Of a stretch of 64,000 nucleotides of DNA, positions 21,709-31,185 are shown one piece after another; the stretch's first letter is position 1, and every line of letters starts with the position of its first letter. The stretch is taken from NCBI GenBank assembly GCA_016710015.1, contig JADJLR010000008.1:279912-343911 (forward strand). Direction: 5' to 3'. This stretch comes from Flavobacteriales bacterium. Lineage in GTDB: Bacteria > Bacteroidota > Bacteroidia > Flavobacteriales_F > PHOS-HE28. A program made the translations under genes and the position numbers. Under the pieces are notes generated by a model. The model was not told the DNA's origin and ran no database searches. It saw nothing but the letters and a program-made list of their open reading frames with translations.

Positions 21709-22230
21709 TCAGTGCCGGGAGTTCTTCTCCCAACCCCAGGCCAGGTCCAAGCCAAAGCAGAATGTGCCTTTGAGGAGGTCGTAACCCCCGTTGCCGATAT
21801 CGGCATTGATGGACCCGCCACCCATGTTGTACTGTCCGCCCACGTGCAGGTCGGCGTAGAACCGCTCTAAACCACCGCGCACTCCCATGCGCAAGCCCAC
21901 AGGTACAACCACCGCATTCTCCAACGACCCGAACCGCCGAAGGCCAACGATAGGCCCCAAGTAGAACGAGCCATTATCGTTATCGCTGAAATGGAATGCA
22001 CTGTGGTAGGTCAGCACGAAGGATCCGGATCCCAAGGCATACCGCAATTGCACGCCGTAGGACAAGCGCTTCTCCAGATCATGGTCATAGCCGAGTCCGA
22101 GGTGGGTATCCAGCTCGACACCCGAACCGTACTTCAGCACCGGCTCGTAATTCCAGAGCACCAACCGGACCCCACCCTGTGCCGCTGCGGATAGGGATGC
22201 CCAAAAGCCGAGAAGGGCCAACGCTCTCAT
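21709..22230 (-). CDS. small outer-membrane beta-barrel family protein
   Basis: Signal peptide, alternating amphipathic beta-strand pattern, Gly/aromatic-rich. Confidence 0.5.
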   Translation of the reverse strand: MRALALLGFWASLSAAAQGGVRLVLWNYEPVLKYGSGVELDTHLGLGYDHDLEKRLSYGVQLRYALGSGSFVLTYHSAFHFSDNDNGSFYLGPIVGLRRFGSLENAVVVPVGLRMGVRGGLERFYADLHVGGQYNMGGGSINADIGNGGYDLLKGTFCFGLDLAWGWEKNSRH

Positions 22231-22289
22231 CCCGTCAAGAACGGAAGAAATAACGCGGGAACTGCGGATCGGCCGCGCGAACCGTTCCG

Positions 22290-23312
22290 CTAGGTTTCTT
22301 CATCGTAAAAGATCCGGTAGAATTTCCGCCCGCGATCGTCCACACCTTGCTCGATCCGGTTGCGATCGCCGTGGATGTAGATGTGGAAGTTCTTGTCCAG
22401 CTTGATCACGCTCTTGAAAATGCGTGCTTGGCGTTTCACGGCTTGTGACGAGATCTCGAAATTCTGCATGATCTCCACGTCGTTCTCTCGTTGGAAATCC
22501 TGACCGAATTTCTGGAACCGCTGAATCACCCCTTCTTCCTGGAAGATCTCTTGCTCGAATGCTTCTTGATCGTACTCGCCGTTCGTTTTGAAGTATTGTA
22601 CCGAGCGATTGAGCAGATCGATCTGGTCCGCTTTGCCAATGGGATAATCGTGCGGCAACTGTTCGGTGATGAAGGACTTGGTGAGTTCCAGCATGTGGCT
22701 GGTGCTGTTCACGTGATCCTTCTTGGGTCGTAGGCCGATGAAATCCTGTTGCCAGTACGTGGTGTGGTCATTGTCGTCCACCACGAACAACGTCGGTGCA
22801 TCGTCCGTGAAGACCACCAAGCACGCTTTGTTCGGTTTCGCATTGCCGATGCCAAGCTTCAACCGTAGGTCGATGGAACCGCCTTTGTGCTTGGATTCCA
22901 GGAAGACCTCCTTCTCGTCGAACTTGTAGATGCCGATCGCTTCATACTCCCGTAGCCCAAATTCGAGCTTTGCGAACTTCACCACGAAAAGGTCACCGGG
23001 CTTGATGTTGTGGTGTTGCGATGAGCCGATCAAGTGACGAGCGATATCGCGCGACCGATCCACGAGATCCTCCCCCGCACAGATCGCGTTGCACAGCCCA
23101 TGCAACGCATTGTACTCCACGCCTGCGGCATGTGTGAATTCAAAGGTCTGCGAACTGTTCATGAACGGCTTCAAGAACAATTTGCGCAGGAATTCCTGCT
23201 CTTCGTCGCTTTGCAACAGCTCCGGTCCATCACCGAATACACTGTCCGCCTCTGTGGTCTTCACGTGGTGGAGTATGAACTCCCCGACACTCGCTTCCTT
23301 TCCGTTGATCAT
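22290..23312 (-). CDS. nucleoid-associated protein NdpA/YejK family
   Basis: About 340 aa. Similarity to the 37-kDa nucleoid-associated protein family (N-terminal ...FILHHV..., overall acidic/basic pattern). Confidence 0.7.
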   Translation of the reverse strand: MINGKEASVGEFILHHVKTTEADSVFGDGPELLQSDEEQEFLRKLFLKPFMNSSQTFEFTHAAGVEYNALHGLCNAICAGEDLVDRSRDIARHLIGSSQHHNIKPGDLFVVKFAKLEFGLREYEAIGIYKFDEKEVFLESKHKGGSIDLRLKLGIGNAKPNKACLVVFTDDAPTLFVVDDNDHTTYWQQDFIGLRPKKDHVNSTSHMLELTKSFITEQLPHDYPIGKADQIDLLNRSVQYFKTNGEYDQEAFEQEIFQEEGVIQRFQKFGQDFQRENDVEIMQNFEISSQAVKRQARIFKSVIKLDKNFHIYIHGDRNRIEQGVDDRGRKFYRIFYDEET

Positions 23313-23450
23313 TTCGCTGCGGCAAAGAAAGGCCGATCGGGTCCAGGATGATCGCCCGATCGCTCTTCTAGCCTATCACTAGGCGATTGAACGTTAAAGA
23401 ATGTATAAACCGCACTATGCCTTGCGTGCTGACCTAACTTCACCCTACGC

Positions 23451-23807
23451 ATGCAGCTGGAACGTCTTTCTATCCTCGCTTTCGTCGTATCGACTTTCGC
23501 CTGCACATCCGTTCCTTATTCAGGAGCGCAGGAGGTGTCGGTACGAACCGCGAATTGCGTCAACTTGCTCGTCCCTACTCCGATCATGTCCGCAGTATTG
23601 TTCGACTTCAACATCATGCAACGGAACTGCGCTCTTTACGTCGCCGTACGTTCAAGTGCGTGGAATGGTCCGATCGCCTTCGGGGGGGAGATGAACGACA
23701 GCAAGGTCCATTGGAATTTCTGTCCCGGTGGCGACAAGGTGGCCTGTGTGAAAACCCCGACTACCAGCGGCGATACGCTCATAACGGGCATTCCTTGGTC
23801 TCACTAG
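23451..23807 (+). CDS. hypothetical small lipoprotein (island gene)
   Basis: Signal peptide with a lipobox-like FACTS. Lower GC than flanks. No homology recognised. Confidence 0.3.
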   Translation: MQLERLSILAFVVSTFACTSVPYSGAQEVSVRTANCVNLLVPTPIMSAVLFDFNIMQRNCALYVAVRSSAWNGPIAFGGEMNDSKVHWNFCPGGDKVACVKTPTTSGDTLITGIPWSH

Positions 23808-23814
23808 TTCGTTT

Positions 23815-23875
23815 CTGCGCGTAGCCTGTGGCTACGCGCAACACCGCAGGCTCATGGTAGCCTGTGGCTACCTTC
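23815..23875. repeat. REP-like palindromic units (GCGCGTAGCCTGTGGCTACGCGC and GGTAGCCTGTGGCTACC) upstream of the RAYT gene
   Basis: Perfect palindromes seen directly in the sequence. The same GTAGCC-N3-GGCTAC core recurs at 24440-24650, 25710-25810 and 29995-30060. Confidence 0.6.
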
Positions 23876-23893
23876 CCGTTCAAAGTCCTCACC

Positions 23894-24436
23894 ATGCCCA
23901 CCGGCTTTCGCATCAGCGACCAGCACGCGCTGCACTTCGTCACATTCACCATCGTTGAGTGGATCGATGTGTTCACTCGGCGCATCTACCGTGATATCGT
24001 CCTCGACAGCCTCCGCTACTGCCAAGCGAACAAAGGCCTACACGTACATGCGTGGGTGATCATGAGCAACCATGTCCATGCCATTCTCAGCACACCAGAA
24101 ACTGAATTATCGGATGTGATCCGCGACTTCAAAGGGCATACGAGCAAAGCGATCGTGAAGGCCGTGCAACAGGAGAACGAAAGCCGTCGCGAATGGATGC
24201 TCGCACGTTTCATCGTCAATGCCATCAGCACCGCACGAAACGACCAGTTCAAAGTGTGGACGCACGACAACCATCCGTTGCAACTCCAGTCCTTCACCAT
24301 CAAGCAACGTGCAGATTACATCCACCAGAACCCCGTGCGCGCCGGTTGGGTGGACCAACCTCGCGACTACCTCTACAGCTCCGCGCGGGACTACCAGGAT
24401 GAGCCGGGCTTATTGAAGATCGATCGCTTGTGGTGA
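23894..24436 (+). CDS. REP-associated tyrosine transposase (RAYT; IS200/IS605 TnpA-like HuH enzyme)
   Basis: HuH motif HVHAIL. IS200-like fold pattern. REP clusters flank the gene on both sides. Confidence 0.8.
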   Translation: MPTGFRISDQHALHFVTFTIVEWIDVFTRRIYRDIVLDSLRYCQANKGLHVHAWVIMSNHVHAILSTPETELSDVIRDFKGHTSKAIVKAVQQENESRREWMLARFIVNAISTARNDQFKVWTHDNHPLQLQSFTIKQRADYIHQNPVRAGWVDQPRDYLYSSARDYQDEPGLLKIDRLW

Positions 24437-24439
24437 GGA

Positions 24440-24650
24440 TCTGCGCATGTGGCGCCTCTGCGCGTAGCCTGTGGCTACGCGCAACAACGTAGGCTCTCCG
24501 TAGCCTGTGGCTACGTACTATGCAACTGGGTGCAAGGGTAGCCACAGGCTACCAGGTTCCAGTTCTCGTCGAGCGTAGCCAAAGGCTACGCTCAGTAACG
24601 CGGCTACGCTACGACCAGTTGGGGCGTAGCCGAAGGCTACGCTCAGAAAG
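24440..24650. repeat. BIME-like cluster of about 5 REP palindromes (GTAGCC-NNN-GGCTAC cores) downstream of the RAYT gene
   Basis: Units seen at ~24460, 24490, 24535, 24570 and 24612. The 3' ~95 nt (24531-24627) is repeated at 25713-25808 with ~90% identity. Confidence 0.65.
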
Positions 24651-24901
24651 ATCAAAAAGTTCCTATTTTGAACCTCTGAACGCACCACGTTGGTAGTCTT
24701 ATCGCGATGATCAAGAAGCACAGCAATTTGGTGCGCCAAATAGTCTACGCAGCGTTTATGGTGTTGTTCATTCTCATGGTGGAGCGGTTGCGCCGCAACA
24801 GTGCCAACGTGGAGGATGTGAGTAGTGCCACTGAAGAGGTGGATCACCAGACCCGTCGACCCAATACCGGTGAGCTCGATTTCGAACGCTGAAATACCAC
24901 C

Positions 24902-25654
24902 GTGATGAAGAACCTTCTACTAGCCTGTGCCTATGTCAGCACAATTGCGCTTGATTGCGCTGCACAAAGCCCACCACTTGCGGTGATGGGAGAAACCTAT
25001 GTGGTCGAGAACACAGTGTTGAACATGCGCTCCGGACCGGGTACACAACATGGAGTAATCGGCAAACTGGCACCCGGGAACACAGTGGAATTGGTCCGGG
25101 GTGAAGGAACCTGGTGGCTCGTAGAAGGACGAGGTGTACAGGGCTACGTGGCCGCTCAATACCTACGGCGCACTGATCTGGCCGGGTGGGTCCCAAAGGA
25201 TTACCGCACAGGGGCTACACCAGAGTGCGAGAACGTGACCCCCCGTTATGACCGTTCGATGGACAACTTTCTGCGAGTGAAGGTCGGATCCAATACCGAT
25301 GTGGTGGTGAAGTTGATGAAGGCCGGGTCATACGGGGACGAGTGCATTCGGATCGTATATGTGAGGGCAGGCGATACCTACGAAATGGAGAACGTGCCCG
25401 AAGGACGGTACTACCTGAAGATCGCCTACGGCAAGGATTACCGACAACGCTTAGAGGACGGGCAATGCAAGGTGCGCTTCGTGAAGAACGCCTTGTACGA
25501 AAAAGGGACTGACATCCTGGACTACAACAAGAAGCACTATCCCGGTGGCTGGCAGGAACCATCCTATGAACTCTCCCTGAACGTGATCACAACGCGGTTT
25601 GAGACAAGCAACTTCAATTCAGGGACCATCAGTGAAGATGAGTTCAACCGGTAA
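24902..25654 (+). CDS. secreted SH3b (bacterial SH3_3) domain protein with uncharacterised C-terminal domain
   Basis: Signal peptide. SH3_3 pattern VLNMRSGPGTQHGVIGKLAPGNTVELV...WWLV...GYVAAQYL. Confidence 0.6.
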   Translation: MMKNLLLACAYVSTIALDCAAQSPPLAVMGETYVVENTVLNMRSGPGTQHGVIGKLAPGNTVELVRGEGTWWLVEGRGVQGYVAAQYLRRTDLAGWVPKDYRTGATPECENVTPRYDRSMDNFLRVKVGSNTDVVVKLMKAGSYGDECIRIVYVRAGDTYEMENVPEGRYYLKIAYGKDYRQRLEDGQCKVRFVKNALYEKGTDILDYNKKHYPGGWQEPSYELSLNVITTRFETSNFNSGTISEDEFNR

Positions 25655-25709
25655 TCCTGCGGATATGCATCGTGATATAGGTACGACCAGATGGGAATTG
25701 CTGCGGAGT

Positions 25710-25848
25710 GGGGCGCAAGGGTAGCCACAGGCTACCAGGTTCCTGTGCTCGTCGAGCGTAGCCGCAGGCTACGCTCAGAAACGCGGCTACGCTACGACCA
25801 GTTGGGGGGTTAGAAGCACAGGGTCTCCGAAGACGGAAGACCCTGCGC
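25710..25848. repeat. REP/BIME cluster (second copy of the ~95-nt composite repeat) followed by a CAGGGTCT...AGACCCTG hairpin element
   Basis: Near-identical to 24531-24627. The hairpin at 25819-25845 belongs to the second palindrome family. Confidence 0.6.
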
Positions 25849-25969
25849 AGGCCGTAAGAACCAACACTCCCCTTCCTGACCAGCCCGGTCGCCCACGGCG
25901 CGGTCGGGCTGTTCACATCCCAGCACACTCTCCGATACGAGAATAAGCAACCCTTCAAAACCACAACCA

Positions 25970-27478
25970 ATGGCACGACTCAATACCCTCTGCACCCTAC
26001 TCTTCATTGCGATCACGACTGTAATACATGCCCAACCAGGAACCTTGGATCCGACATTTGGGACCGCCGGATATGTGGTCACGAACCAAGTCGGCGATGG
26101 CAGGTCCATCGCAGTATACCCCGATGGACGGTCGGTGGTGATCAGTGCTTCCGGAGGCGCTTCCGCGATGGGCATGTTCCAGGCCGACGGTTCGCCATCC
26201 ACTGGTTTCGGAACAAATGGTTGGTTTACCGGTCTGGGATATGTACCGATCAAGGTCCTCCTGCAAGTTGATGGCAAGATCCTGGTAGCCGGTGCATGGA
26301 ATTCAGGTGGGATCGTGGACATGATCGTGGCGCGGTACAATGGGACGGGCACGCCGGACGCGAGTTTCGGGGTTTCCGGTATCGCTCGGGTGGATCTCCC
26401 AACCACTGAAACGTGCCTCGGAATGTTGCTTTTGGCCGATGGCCGGATCCTAATGACCGGGTCCATCATCGATCCGGATCAGCGCGCTTTGCTGGCCATG
26501 TTCAACACCAACGGCACACTCGATGCATCCTTCGGTGAAGGTGGTTTGGTAAAGTGGCTCCCCACCCCTACCTCTTCCTCTACCGAAGCCCAAGACGCCG
26601 CCATTCAGAACGATGGCTCTATCGTGGTGGCCTGTAACCATGGCGCGATCATCGCTAACAACCTGCTTGTGCGTTTCACCGCATCCGGTGATCTCGATGA
26701 GACCTTCAACGGCATCGGTCATGTCTACGTTGATCTTGGCAACAACCAAGATGATATCCTGAACGTGCAGCTAGATGCTTCCCAGCGGATCATTTGCATG
26801 GCCTCCAACAGCGATGCTGGCAGCGCCCATTCAGGTTCGTTGGCTCGGCTTACCACCAATGGTGTCCTTGACCCCACCTTTGGAGTTGGCGGTGTCGTCG
26901 CATTGAATACGGCCTCTACCACCTACAGCGCCGCCGCGATGTTGCGTAGTAGCGATGGCAAGATCCTGATCACCGGAACCACCGGCGGGACATTCAGCCC
27001 AGACCGTGAGCTATTCGTAGCACGCTATTCATCCGACGGTGTTCTGGACCCGGTCTTTGGCACCGCAGGTTACGCCTTTGTCGTCCTGCCATACAGGGAG
27101 GTCGGCCAATCGATCGTACCCACTTCCGATGGCCGCATCATGGTGTGCGGTCGCTCACAGGAGAGCGGGCAATCAGGGTACGTTATGCTTGCTCGTTTCT
27201 GGTATGATAGCGGCGTAGGCATCGCCACCCATGCGGCATCGGAGATCAACGCATTCCCCGTACCGGCACTGAACACACTTACACTTGACCGTGGGCATCC
27301 GCTCCCGGGAGGAACGCTCATTGAGGTCCGGGATGCTGCCGGCAGAATAGCACCCGTGACGTTCCAACTGAACGGAGCACGCGCTGTTCTGGATATGGCG
27401 CACCTACCTGCGGGCTTGTATTCGGTGACCCTTGTTGCTTCTGACGAGCGATCCATTGCGCGCTTCGTGAAAGAGTAA
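25970..27478 (+). CDS. delta-60 repeat beta-propeller protein with T9SS C-terminal sorting domain
   Basis: Signal peptide. Repeated LDPTFG/LDASFG/LDETFN/LDPVFG motifs (delta-60 repeat). C-terminal CTD-like segment ...GLYSVTLVASDERSIARFVKE. Confidence 0.7.
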   Translation: MARLNTLCTLLFIAITTVIHAQPGTLDPTFGTAGYVVTNQVGDGRSIAVYPDGRSVVISASGGASAMGMFQADGSPSTGFGTNGWFTGLGYVPIKVLLQVDGKILVAGAWNSGGIVDMIVARYNGTGTPDASFGVSGIARVDLPTTETCLGMLLLADGRILMTGSIIDPDQRALLAMFNTNGTLDASFGEGGLVKWLPTPTSSSTEAQDAAIQNDGSIVVACNHGAIIANNLLVRFTASGDLDETFNGIGHVYVDLGNNQDDILNVQLDASQRIICMASNSDAGSAHSGSLARLTTNGVLDPTFGVGGVVALNTASTTYSAAAMLRSSDGKILITGTTGGTFSPDRELFVARYSSDGVLDPVFGTAGYAFVVLPYREVGQSIVPTSDGRIMVCGRSQESGQSGYVMLARFWYDSGVGIATHAASEINAFPVPALNTLTLDRGHPLPGGTLIEVRDAAGRIAPVTFQLNGARAVLDMAHLPAGLYSVTLVASDERSIARFVKE

Positions 27479-27525
27479 GCGGCGTGCGTTGGGCGCACGG
27501 CTACTGGAACTGGTGACCGTGGGAA

Positions 27526-27570
27526 CCGGCGTCTCGCCAATGATCCGTACAGGCATTGGTGAGACGCCGG
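27526..27570 (+). terminator. long near-perfect inverted repeat (17-bp stem) immediately downstream of the delta-60 repeat gene
   Basis: CCGGCGTCTCGCCAATG ... CATTGGTGAGACGCCGG. No clear U-tract, so it may be a palindromic element rather than a canonical intrinsic terminator. Confidence 0.4.
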
Positions 27571-27691
27571 ATAGCCGGGACCTACGATCTGCGATCGCCC
27601 GACTTCCGGCGTGACGGACATTGGGCTGTGCATTACTAGGCTACTGGATCCCGCCGCGAACACGGCTCCGAGCCGCAGGGTCGTCCGTCAA

Positions 27692-27898
27692 ATGCACGGA
27701 CAGACCGCTGCGGAGGTGGAGGAAATCCTGCGATGGTCTAAAGACGGAAGACCCTGTTGCGGTCTAGAGGAGATCGCCAGCATCATGGGCTGCGGCATCA
27801 GCACCCTGCGCACCTACCGGGACCGTATTGCCGAACGCCACGGCGTAAAAGGCAAGGGCGCCCTGATCGCCTGGGCCATTGCCAATGGATTGGCGTGA
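27692..27898 (+). CDS. small stand-alone LuxR/GerE-type HTH protein
   Basis: TAAEVEEILRWSKDGRPCCGLEEIASIMGCGISTLRTYRDRIAERHGV matches the LuxR-type HTH consensus. The longer ORF from 27611 includes a copy of the palindromic repeat, so the 5' end is uncertain. Confidence 0.4.
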   Translation: MHGQTAAEVEEILRWSKDGRPCCGLEEIASIMGCGISTLRTYRDRIAERHGVKGKGALIAWAIANGLA

Positions 27899-28086
27899 GG
27901 GGGAAGAGGCAAATGAAGTGAAGGGGATACGAGTCGCAGATTCGCGACAGCGGGAGGGACGGGTCACAGACTTGCAGCAGCGAGGGTGTGGTCATTCACC
28001 TCTTGGAACGCATCACCTATTTTTGAAAGCGCATTGGAGTCATGAATGCCCCCTAACAGGAACCCTTTACTTCCTCAATCATCGAG

Positions 28087-28449
28087 ATGCTTAAATACTT
28101 GGAAGTCCTTCCTGTCTACTTGCACATCGCAGCAAGTGTAGCCTTGGCCATCAATGTCGAGTTCGGTCGCGCGACACGTGGTGAGTTCAACGCAATCAAA
28201 GCAATGGACAATGTTGTCTTGGTAGGCCTTGTCTTGCTTAATCTGAGCTTATGCATAGTCTTTAAGTGGTGGTACGGGCTGGTATTCGCCGGGGTGTACA
28301 TACTCGCCGGGTCTATAATCAATGGCATCCTATTTCGCCTGTTTGATCACCATATCCACTTGTATCTGTATAAATATCGTTTGATGACATTCGCTTTGGA
28401 TTCATTCATCATCTATTCGTTAGCCAAGGTTCTCTACATGAATTGGTAG
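28087..28449 (+). CDS. hypothetical small membrane protein (3-4 TM helices)
   Basis: AT-richer island segment. Hydrophobic helices. No homology recognised. Confidence 0.35.
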   Translation: MLKYLEVLPVYLHIAASVALAINVEFGRATRGEFNAIKAMDNVVLVGLVLLNLSLCIVFKWWYGLVFAGVYILAGSIINGILFRLFDHHIHLYLYKYRLMTFALDSFIIYSLAKVLYMNW

Positions 28450-28687
28450 ACCTATACAAGAACTTACCCCGCACTGTTCGTTGTGAGGTCGTACCATGTG
28501 AGAATGGCATCTGGAGGTTAATGCCAAATTGGCCGTTGTGTGGTGCTGTATCTAAGTTGGCCACAATTCGCAGGCGCGCGGCAGCGGGGGTTTCCTACCA
28601 CGGCTTGGCTCAGATGTCAGCTACTCCATACATGCCACATCCCAGTGCTGCAATATCTTTAGTCGAACGGGTCAAACCCATTGTGCT

Positions 28688-29221
28688 TTGAGTCAGGCAA
28701 AAGAAGCCCTAATTCGCAACTACTTCCGTGATCCGGTGGAGCACAGTTTGTGGCGCTCCTTTTATCCAGTGATCGCAGAATGGAACAGACGACCCTATTT
28801 CAAGAACACGGCTTACTCATTGACCCTTGCTTCGAGCCGCTTCGCCTTCGCAGCCATGAGTTCAGCGGGTTTCACGACCGCACTGAAGCTTTGGCGTGCG
28901 GCCCAAGCCGAATTCATCGCTGATACCGAATACCACAGCCTTGGTGCCATTAGCACCAAACTACTAGAGTCTGGGGATGGTAAGGGCGCCGAACTTATTT
29001 GCGAGATGGCCGCACGAAGAGGACCTGTCATTGAAGCTGCGCTGAGATCGCAGGTGAATAAACGCATTGAGTTGAAGCGGGTGCTGGTGGAGAGTGGGTT
29101 GCCGTCTCTTTTGGAGGATGAGCGCTATAGGCCTTTAACACCTACGGAGCGATTGGGTGATACCCCGGTCAAATTGCAGACGACGAGTCAAGTGAGCGTC
29201 TTTGGTCCTCCTCGTTTCAAA
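28688..29221 (+). CDS. hypothetical protein; reading frame continues without a stop into the DUF488 N-terminus (possible fusion)
   Basis: Open frame from 28688. No recognised domain in the first ~178 aa. Confidence 0.3.
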
Positions 29222-29583
29222 GTGACAGTGAAGAGCCTGTATGATCCCGAAGAGCCCATTGACGGCTTCCGGTTGCTTTGTGACCATTTCCGCCGAGGAT
29301 CCATCCGAAGCGAGCAGCACCGTACGATGCACGCGTTTGGGAAGGACTTCCTTCTCGGCATTTGTTCGATTGGTTCAAGAATGACCCGGAGCGTTGGGCA
29401 GAGTTCCAGCACTATCATCACCGCCAGTTGCACGGGGATCATGCGAGCATGACTCGATTCTTGAATCGCTTGCGCGGCGATTCACTCACGTTGCTGCACT
29501 TGGATCGCGGCGAACTTTCGATCGCACAGTCCTTGCGGGAATATCTGGTAGAGCACTTCGGCGAGATGTTCTATTCGTCGTAG
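29222..29583 (+). pseudogene. DUF488 (YeaO-like) family protein, frame broken near 29300-29322
   Basis: N-part VKSLYDPEEPIDGFRLLCDHFRRG (frame 2) and C-part ...LPSRHLFDWFKNDPERWAEFQHYHHRQL...LTLLHLDRGELSIAQSLREYL (frame 1) both match the YeaO/DUF488 pattern. GATC (ggatcc) lies at the junction. Confidence 0.5.
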
Positions 29584-29705
29584 GCGAAGCAGGGCAAATC
29601 AAAGATCGGGGATCTGCGGCAGGAGGATGAAGATGGCCCCTGCCATAGTCCAGATTCCGCAGGACTCACCTGATGCTCACTATACTTGCCTAAACATCAT
29701 CACGA

Positions 29706-29966
29706 ATGAAAGCGGCACTGCTTGCTCTACTTTTCGCCGTGGCACTAGGTACTCAGGCTCAAGAGTGCTATGACCTCAGTGCTCGTTCCTCATGGGTAGG
29801 GGTTGTCTGCTTCAACGACGGCACTTTGACCATGCAAATGCAGGGTGCAACCTACAAGTTCTGCAATGTGCCTTTCGATACTTTCTCCGGCCTTGTTAAC
29901 GCTGGTAGTCCAGGCACCTATTACGACCAGTACATCCGAGGTCGGTATCGTTGTTCGGGGTATTAA
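29706..29966 (+). CDS. secreted KTSC domain protein
   Basis: Signal peptide. TYKFCNVPFDTFSGLVNAGSPGTYYDQYIRGRY matches the KTSC domain consensus (Y.Y.NVP..V...L..A.S.G.Y....I.G.Y). Confidence 0.55.
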   Translation: MKAALLALLFAVALGTQAQECYDLSARSSWVGVVCFNDGTLTMQMQGATYKFCNVPFDTFSGLVNAGSPGTYYDQYIRGRYRCSGY

Positions 29967-29994
29967 GAAATGTACAAGTGCCCCATATAGCATA

Positions 29995-30060
29995 CGGCAC
30001 AAGCGGGTGCAAGGGTAGCCACAGGCTACACTCAGATAACGGCCACGCTACGCGCAGTTG
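29995..30060. repeat. partial third copy of the REP composite repeat (GGGTAGCCACAGGCTAC...)
   Basis: Direct sequence similarity to 24531-24580 and 25713-25760. Further degenerate GTAGC...GCTAC fragments at 30385-30510. Confidence 0.55.
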
Positions 30061-30558
30061 AGCGCGGACCATCTCAAGATTCGAACATGGCATTCAGACC
30101 TCCCTACCGATCCTTCGAGGTGTAAACGGGAGTGCCCATGATATACCAACGGTTCAATTCACCGGGAGGACGATTAACCCACAGAAAGCGCACCTCTTCC
30201 AAAATAAAATCGACATGCGAGCCGGACACTCTGCTACAACTCGTGCGGGATTGTTCACCCTCAACCTCGATAACGTACCAAGGTTGCTCGTGAGTTCCGA
30301 TGTTTTCAATGTTTGTATTCATCATCCTGAGTTCTAATGGCAAAAATAACCTAGTGTTGGGTCGTTCGGTTCTAGCAATTTACCTACTCCGCACGTAGCC
30401 TTCAGATACGCGCGCCAACCTCAGACATTCCCCAGCAATTGGCGTAGCACCATGGATTCGTAATGACAGGTTAGCTACAGGCTAACGGCTTCCTATTCTC
30501 TTCGTTTGTAGCCGCAGGGAATGGGCAGAAGGCAACCACGCTGCGGTAATACAGGAGA

Positions 30559-31062
30559 TCAGTACGGCTCTGCTAATGATTTCACAGGTCCACCATGAAA
30601 TTCAATCAAGCGGCTCAATGCGCGGCGCATCCTTTCCAGCATCCCATCTGAGTCGAATGACTTCTTGAGAATGACACAGTGCTTTGTGATCGTTTCAATC
30701 TTGCCGTTTATTGATAAGATTGACTCGGTCTCCCCATTTGGTGCGATATGAAAGCAAAGCCAAACAACCTCTGGATATTGAACCAACGAGAGATACTCTA
30801 CATCAGTAATGGTGATTCGCGCCGTACGCGTCTCCTGCGCACCAAACATGCCTGGCTGAGTCGAAAAGATGTACATCAGTCCACCCAAGTAAGAAACACT
30901 CTCTTCATTCTGTTGATAAAGCGAAATCTTGTCGGCTATCCATCGCTCCGTTTCCTCCAGTGAGGTGTTGTCAGTCGTTTGTCCGATACAAGGATGCGCA
31001 ACAAACCAAGTGGTAGCAAGCGCGATTACAACGCAAAAGAAGGGACAAGACGATGCTCTCAT
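30559..31062 (-). CDS. hypothetical secreted protein (island gene)
   Basis: Signal peptide (VVIALATTWFVAHPCIGQ). Lower GC. No homology recognised. Confidence 0.4.
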   Translation of the reverse strand: MRASSCPFFCVVIALATTWFVAHPCIGQTTDNTSLEETERWIADKISLYQQNEESVSYLGGLMYIFSTQPGMFGAQETRTARITITDVEYLSLVQYPEVVWLCFHIAPNGETESILSINGKIETITKHCVILKKSFDSDGMLERMRRALSRLIEFHGGPVKSLAEPY

Positions 31063-31131
31063 TGCTGTGATTCATATAGAGCGAAGGTAGCTGTCAGTAT
31101 GCGGGACCTATGCAATTGGTCGTATAAAGCA

Positions 31132-31161
31132 GCGCAGGGCCCACTTCCGTGAGCCCTGCGC
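31132..31161 (-). terminator. GC-rich hairpin (GCGCAGGGC...GCCCTGCGC) just downstream of the nrdA stop
   Basis: 9-bp perfect stem. T-rich tract on the plus side. Position fits an nrdA terminator. Confidence 0.35.
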
Positions 31162-31185
31162 TTGTTTCATTTCATCGGTCAGACC

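Noticed and set aside
24440-24650. REP clusters as a possible CRISPR array
   Set aside because: The units are imperfect palindromes of varying sequence with irregular spacing of 10-40 nt, there are no constant direct repeats with unique spacers, and no cas genes are present. This is the typical BIME/REP organisation, and it lies next to a RAYT.
27611-27691. Longer 95-aa form of the GerE-like ORF
   Set aside because: Its 5' part is built from a copy of the AGACGGAAGACCCTG palindromic repeat. The LuxR-type HTH is complete from the internal Met at 27692.
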